Shown here piece by piece: positions 54,145 through 62,400 of a stretch of 64,000 nt of DNA (its first letter is position 1; each line of letters opens with the position of its first letter). This DNA comes from Octopus bimaculoides. Its lineage: Eukaryota. A program made the position numbers and the translations under genes. Under the pieces are notes generated by a model. That model did not search any database. It was given only the letters and a program-made list of their open reading frames with translations, and had not been told where the DNA came from. Where the stretch lies: positions 88,489,180 to 88,553,179 of the forward strand of contig NC_068990.1 of the NCBI RefSeq assembly GCF_001194135.2. The letters are read 5' to 3'.

Positions 54145-57100
54145 GTGTGCAAATTCAATTTTGTTTCACTCCATGTCTTTTATTATAATATTGTCATTAC
54201 CTCCTTGTTTTTTATCCTCCTCCTAACATTCACCTTTGATTTCAATTTCTGTTATCAATTCCAGTTCTTGCAAAAATTAACTGTGGACCTCCAAATGATG
54301 TTGTTGGTACAAAGAAGTCCTACACTACCACCACCTATAAATCTGAAGTGACCTATACTTGTCCAGGAGGAAGAAAATTAAAATCAGCATGTAAAAGGGA
54401 TACAAAATGGACATCAGTAGCACCTTGTGAAGGTAATGTAAACAGCTTCTCTCCTCTTGTCTCTAACAAGATACTTTTGTTTTATTTCTGTGTTAAATGT
54501 CTTTGTCAGACGAAGCCTGGCTGGCTCCATGTTAATTTCCACAGATTTTATGACTAGTGAGTGGATGGAAGAGATGAATCTAACCTTATACCACAGTTTT
54601 CCCCTAAATGCTTACAACAGAGTGGACATCATTAAGTCTACCCAAGAGTCAGGTATTAAATTGGATGATGCATTAAGTCTGCCAACCAAATAGGAGGAAT
54701 GTGTGAGCTTGTTCCTTCTAGCAGGCTTCCACAGTTTCCATCTACCAGATTGTATTCTTAGTTGTGAAGCAAATTTTTAACCACATAACCAAGACTCTGC
54801 CCAGTACCATAGTATTGTGAAGTAAACTTCTTAAATTCATGTTCTTACCTAAGAGAAGTTATGTAGACCTCTCAACTTGTAAGATAACGTTTTCTTCTGT
54901 ATCAAGTATCATTATCTCAGACTCCGTACAATATAATGCTGGTGGCACGTAAAAAGCACCATTCGAGCGTGATCGTTACCAGTGTTGCATAACTGGCACA
55001 TAAAAAGCACCCTTTAAACATTGAGTGATACGTTGTGCTTGAGAAGACCTGTCAAGGCAAGTGAAATTGTAGTCATGCCCAATGTCAGTGCCATCTGGTT
55101 GGGGCCTGTGTCAGTGGCACATAAAAAGCAACGTTGAAGCGTTGAGCCTAATGAAGGCAGTAACAGATGATCAAAGCCTTTGGCAATATACTGTGCTTGT
55201 GTAAACCTGTCAAGCCAAGTGAGATCATAGTAATGGCTAATGCCAGTGTTACATCAATGGCACCCATGCTGGTGACACATAAAAAGCACCCACTAGACTC
55301 TTGGAGTTGTTAGTGCTTTAGGAAGGGCATCGAGCTATAGAAACCTTGCCAAATCAGAATGGAACCTGGTGCAGCTCCCTGGCTTACCAGTTTTCAGTCA
55401 AACCATCCAACTCATTGCCAGCATGGAAAGCAGATGTTAAACGATGATGATGATATATGTGTGTATATATATATTCCATCATTATCATTCAAAAATCTAT
55501 GTTCCATGCTAGTATAGGCTGCACTTCTTAACAGGATCCAATGAACCCAAGCAGTCATCATGCTCCAATGTCTGCTTCAGCATGGTGTCTATGGCTGGAT
55601 TCCCTTCCTAATGCCAACCACTTAACAGTGCCTACTGGGAGAGTTTTCATGCTACCAATACTACTATTATCACCATATGAATCTCAAGACTATAAATTCC
55701 AAGAGAGAAGTGAGTTAGCTTTATGCTAGGGAATGAGGGGTTAAAGTGTGAGAAAAGGGGATGGTGGGGCAAAGCAGATTCTTGGAGAAAAGTTGCATGT
55801 TTGCTAACATTTAGTAGGTAGGAGAGAATGGTCTGAAGGAGCTTCAGTTAGATAAATAGTAGAGATGAAGTGTCCAGGGGACCCTTGAAAGTGAGTAGAA
55901 ATGGGTGGTGGGTTTGCAAGACTGTACGAGGTGGAGAAGATGTGGGGATGGAAAGGCAGCCTGCAACAGTAAAATGTTAGGTAGTGTTGAAGAGCAATGA
56001 CTGATCAGTCATGAGTTGGGGAAGAGAAAGGGATGCAGAAGAGTGTAGGTGGTGTTGAGAGCAACAGTAATGATATAGTTGTCAAGAGAGAGAGAGAGAT
56101 GACAACGTGGAGTAAGTGAATTAGAGGTGGTGAATCAGTGTAATGTGTGGGTGGAGAGCACAATATACAAAGTGCTTCCAGAGCAGCACACAATCTGCCT
56201 TTCACTCATTGAGAGATCTTTCTTTACCAACTGAGGTAATAGTTCATTGAACTTTCTTCATCTTAATCTAGCAACAATACATTCATAACATCTTCTGATG
56301 CTAATTAGGTCAACTATGTAAAAGAAACTATCTACAACCTCTAGGCTGTTTCATGGGCATTTAAGAAAATCCAATTCTCATGTGTCTCTAGTGTGTATTG
56401 TTCCTGCACATCTGCTACATACAAAGACTACTTTCACTTTTAACCTTCCTGTGATTTTACTGCACCACTTATGTGTCCATAGTTTGCACTGGGTACACTA
56501 TATGGAATCCCTGCCAAAATTTTTCCCGCATATCATGCAGGGCACTCATATAATATACATTTACCATTAGTATCATCTGTTTTCTATTTCAGCCTATGCA
56601 GACATTGACTGTGGAAATCCAAAAGATATTGTTGGTGCATCAAAGTCTTACATAGCCACCACGTATAAATCTGAAGTGACCTATACTTGTCCAGAGGGAG
56701 GTCAATTAAAGTCAACATGTGAAACAAACAACAAATGGACCCTAGTGGCAGAGTCCTGTAAAGGTATTGTTAATAGCTTCTCTCTTGTCTCTGTTCGGTA
56801 ATTTTGTCTTGTGTGTTGAATGAATTTGTCATAGGAAGACTGACTGAAAACATGACAAGTTCTACAGTGTTTGTGGCAGTTAGTGGAGGAGAACTAGTTA
56901 TCCTCAGACCAAAGGTCTCACGAATGCTTGCAACAGAATGAACATCATTAGTTCTAACGAAGCACCAGGTAGTGGTTTTTAATTGCATAATGGATTAAGT
57001 CAACCAGCCAAGAGCTGGAAGTGTAGAAACTTGTTCCTCTCCTGCAGACTTCCACATAACTTATATCCACTACATTTTATCCACAAAGCTTTGTTACAAA

Positions 57101-59445
57101 GTGAATTTTTAACCATGCAGACAAAATTCCACCTACTTCAATATTGTTGTAAACTTATTACTTCCAAAGCTAAACCTCCACAACTCAACTTGATAGATAG
57201 TCTCTTTATTTCTAACTTGACTTTTCACACCTGCACTTTGTGGCATCCTTCAAAGGAAATGATTTTTATATTACCTGATAAAGTATTGCAAAACAGTAAA
57301 GTGATGAGTTATAGTCTGATCTTTGATTAATCATATTTAGTTACATCCTTTTACACTCAGGCTTCAAATCCCACCTGGATGTACTTAACCTTTCATAATT
57401 CTGAGGTTGAAAAAACAAGCTTTATTCAAGTACTGAGGTTGATTTATTTTATGTATCCTCACTGCAGAATATGTGGCCTTGTATTTAAGTTAGAAATAAT
57501 TATCATTAATATTGGTAACATCAATAATAATTAAGTGTATTCTTGTTGTTTATGGTGATGGATTGTCAAGATCATTAGAGCATTGGACAAAATGCATTGT
57601 GGTATTTGTTCTGGTTCCTTATCTTCTGAATTCAAATCCTGCTTATGTTAATTTTGCCTTCCAGGGCCAAGAAAATGAAATACCAATGAAGTGCAGAGGC
57701 CATTTTACTTGACCAATTCTGGCCCCAAAGATATGACCTAATTTTTATTGTAGAAATTTTTATGTTGTTGTTATTTTTCATTGGTCTGAATTTTACTTTA
57801 ACTATAGATCCTCAGATTCATTTTGCGAAAGTAAGAAGTGCAGCTCTGGATGTATCTGGGAAAAGATTATGGAGTAAGAAAAAAGTAACAGCAGAAGACT
57901 GTGCAGAAAAATGTTTGTCTGACAAAACTTGTTTATCATTTGAAATAACTAAAGAAAGTGGCAAATGTTACTTATCACATGAAAGTGCAGCTCTCTCCAA
58001 GAAAATGAAACTAGACACTAGCAGAGATTACTATCAACAAGTAAAACGTAATTATTCTTTGTATTTTATTATTGGAATTCTCTTTGCTTCTTTTTCTGAA
58101 ATTTGTGATTCGATTTGTACTTCATAGTATATAGACAGCCATTTCAATGAAGACATTGACAGGTTTACCTGTAAGGACAGGCATATACACATTCTAGACA
58201 TAAGCAATATTAGGAACTGTAAATACCGTTATTCTCATGCAACTTTTATTGAACAATTTTATGCATGCTTTCAATCATATTTCTGTGTAAGAAAAGAAAC
58301 TTACGTTGTTCTTCTTAAAACTGACCAGGATTAGTGGTTGTGGTGGTGGTAGGAGTTGGAATATGAGTAATGGCAGCAGTAGTAGTAGTAGTAGTACATG
58401 ATAACACTTCCAATCAGTTAAGATCAGAAGCTATGAGAGCTACTGCCTGATACTGCATCAGGGCATATTATTATTATTATTATTATTATTTTATTTGCAC
58501 ATCTTCTAATGCTGGAGATGTACTATGGTGTCAGTTGTTTACTACCAGTGAACTAAGGTAACGCCCCTTATTTTTCAAGCACCATCTAGAATATTCGAGT
58601 GGTTCCAAGGAGTGCTGTTTTCTGCAAGTACTCCACTCTTATTGCAGCCCCTATTTGTTTCATGTACTTCTCAAGATTTTTACTCACTTTTCCCAGAGCT
58701 CTGACAATTATTAGTACTACTACCACCTTTTTCAGCGACCAAAACTGCTTAACCTCCCAAGCTAACCTGTCATATCTATCGACTTTTCTTTCTTCCTTGT
58801 CACATATCTTGTTGTCAGCTGGGCATGCTATAACTATGATCTAGCATCATTTGCTTTCTTTCTCAATTAACACTATGTTTGGTTTCCTATCCTCTATCTC
58901 ATGGTCGCATTGAATCATAAAATCCCATAGGATCTTTGCATTATCATTTTTCGATGATACCTTTATGCTCGTACCACTTTTTTGCTCTGTCAAGTTCATA
59001 CTTGTTGCAAAGTGTTCAATGGACAATCCTTGCTATATTGACATGACATCTCTTATAGTCTTTCTACCCTAGTGGCGTACATTGACTGGTAATATGCCAT
59101 ACGGTTTCACCATTCTGCACTTATCACTTTCTGATGTGCTGTGTATTCTGTATTTGATGTAATTGGTTCTTAATACTTACTCCTGAGCAGCACAGATTAG
59201 AGCCTCCGTTTCCGGTTTTAAATCACTTTTAGTCATCCATAGCCATCTTTTTTCTTTGTCTTTCTTCTTCAACATCCCTATGAAATTGTCCATGCATTCT
59301 TTTCTTTATCCACCTATTTTCAGTTTCATTCATTCTCAAGTGTTTGTGCAGTGCTTATCTATGCAATCTTTCATCATGCACAAGTCAAAGGTCATTATTA
59401 TTATTGTTGTTGTTGTTACTACTACTACGACTACTGCTGCTGCTG

Positions 59446-59477
<32 letters not shown>

Positions 59478-62400
59478 GCTGCTACTGCTGCTGCTGCTTT
59501 AGAGCTGTTTTTAAAACTAGATAATTATGTAGAAGTACCAGTAATTGAAACTGTGAATAGAATATTAGAAAAACAACCAGTGAGTTATTTCATAAATGAA
59601 CAGTATATTACAAAAACACCATCCATCAGCAAACTTATTTTTCAGAATAAGTCATGCTTCTCAGAAATATTGTGAATTCTAATAAATCATGGAATCTCAC
59701 TTCAGTGTTTAGGTTGTATATAATACATTTGTACATCCTTCTGATGATGATGTGCATTTGTTTAAGACAGAATGGTACAACAATACTTGACACATAGGCT
59801 GACAACCTGTTTCAAGGAATACTGATGTTACAAAATCAAACCATTACAGAAGAGATGTACAACTGTATTATCTGCCACCTAAATAGGGAGACAAGATTTC
59901 CAAAAAGTTTGAATGTGTTTTACAACTCATATGAATTCTAGTTAGAGTGTCCTTTCATGGATCAAATATATGTTTATAATAGATTGATAATTTACAAAAT
60001 TATGCACAATTTGCTTTACAGTATTTAATATAAATGCATGTGTAAAAAATGTATTTCTTGCATTCTATTATTTTCCAGACAATAAGGAGCCAATTATGTT
60101 TCAAAACGTTAGCATACCAAAGACTACATTCGGACAGTTTGAGGACATGACTTTAAAGGAGTGTAATGAAACTTGTTATCAATATGAAGGATGTAATACT
60201 TTTCTGTACAATGAACAAGATACGTTATGTGATCTGAGCAATGTGACTCAGTTGACTGGTGAACTTAAACCCAACAAAAAAGGTTGGAATATTTACATAG
60301 TTAACCCAGGTCAGTAGAGTGTTTCCATTTTATTTATTACCTGTTTGACTGTGTGTATTTACATATAAATATATTAGTGTGTGTGTGTGTGTGTGTGTCC
60401 CTTTCTTGTATCACCTAACTGTCTGGATGTTTTGTGTTCTTGTCCCATTTTGTATTATTCATATATATATATATATATATAGCAGCGTACATCCAGTTTG
60501 GTCTCTTATGTGTAAGTATACATTTTTCTAAATCTTGTACGACTCTATTTCTGTTTATCAGCCCTTTTACTCTTACTCGTTCATTCCACTCTTCGTTCTT
60601 TCGTTCTCCCTCTCTCACATTTCCTTGCCATTTCTTCTTGCTCACTTTCTCTCCACTTTTCACTTCACTGTGTCCCTGTCACTTTTTCTCTCCCCTCCTC
60701 AATTCTTTTGTCCCTCTGCCTCTACCTCTCTCTCTTCTCTTCCCACGTGACCGGCGTTTGGTCAAGCCTGATCTTTCTTTCTTGGCCAGCCATTGTGCAT
60801 GCAACATCGATATTTCTCCGTGCCTGTGAAATCTTGTTACCCTGCCGTAAGGCTTTATTTCCATACATGCCAGCTTAATTTAATTCCTCCTTAGTTGAAA
60901 GACATTTGTTGTTATGTCCTGTTATTATTATTTTTATTGTATTTGTGTAACATTGTTCAGTTTTTTTCCGTCCTTGTTTTTGTATACATTGGCTGCTGTC
61001 TTCCAAGGAATCTAATACTCTTAGCTTAGGTTTTCCTTGGGGCTGGCCAGATTGGAATAATATCGAGTATAACCAGCTGAAATTGCAAAGATAATCTGAA
61101 ACTCGACTGATGAAAGAAAACTCCGAATGACCTGTCCTTGTTTTCTTTGTATTGTCTATATGGATGTTTTGTTGTCCCTTTCTTGTATCACCTCTCTTGA
61201 TGTTTTGCGTTCTTGTCCCATTTTGGAGAAAAGCTGAACATTAGAAGCATCAGTTGTGGCGTGCAAGAGAGACGATTGCGCTGGTATGGACATGTGGTGA
61301 GAATGGAGGAGGATAGCTGCGTGAAAAAGTGCCACACCCTAACAGTTGAGGGAACCCGTGGAAGAGGTAGGCCCAGGAAGACCTGGGCTGAGGTGGTGAG
61401 GCAAGACCTTCGTACATTGGGCCTCACCGAGGCGATGACTACTGACCGAGACCTTTGGAAATGTGCTGTGCGTGAGAAGACCCGGCAAGCCAAGTAAGAT
61501 CGTTGCCAGTGCCCCTGGACTGGTTCTTGTGCGGGTGGCACATGAGNNNNNNNNNNNNNNNNNNNNNNNNNNNNNNNNNNNNNNNNNNNNNNNNNNNNNN
61601 NNNNNNNNNNNNNNNNNNNNNNNNNNNNNNNNNNNNNNNNNNNNNNNNNNNNNNNNNNNNNNNNNNNNNNNNNNNNNNNNNNNNNNNNNNNNNNNNNNNN
61701 NNCTGGCTTGTGCGGGTGGCACATAAAAGACACCATTTCGAGCGTGGCCGTTTTCGTGCGGGTGACACGTAAAAGCACCCACTACACTCTCTGAGTGGTT
61801 GGCGTTAGGAAGGGCATCCAGCTGTAGAAACTCTGCCAAATCAGACTGGAGCCTGGTGTTGCCATCCGGTTTCACCAGTCCTCAGTCAAATCGTCCAACC
61901 CATGCTAGCATGGAAAGCGGACGTTAAACGATGATGATGATGATGATGATGATATATATATATATATATCATGGCACAATCATTTTAGCCTAGTTTCCTT
62001 TTCTTCACAGAGAGCTTAAAAGATATTTCAGCAGGATCCTTAATCATTTCTTTTCATGTGATATATGTATGTCTGTATCTATGCGGACATCTTCAGTTTG
62101 TTACACTCAATATCTTTTATTCTAAATTTGTTATTATCTCCTCATTCTCACCCTCTTCCTAACATACATTCACCATTGATATCAATTTCTATTATCACTT
62201 CTAGATATTACAAGAGTTGAATGTGGACCTCCAAAAGATGTTGTTGGTGCAAAGAAGTCCTACACTAACACCTCCTATAAATCTGAAGTGACCTACACAT
62301 GTCCAGGAAAAGAAATATTAAAATCGTTATGTAAAGAGAACTCTAAATGGACTCCAGTTGCATCTAATTGTAAAGGTAAATAGGTTCTCTCTTGTTGTCT

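Noticed and set aside
60395-61224. About 55-bp direct repeats at 60395-60452 and 61171-61224 enclosing a CT-rich segment
   Set aside because: Probably a repeat-family terminus, but I could not assign a class or find coding or ribozyme evidence.
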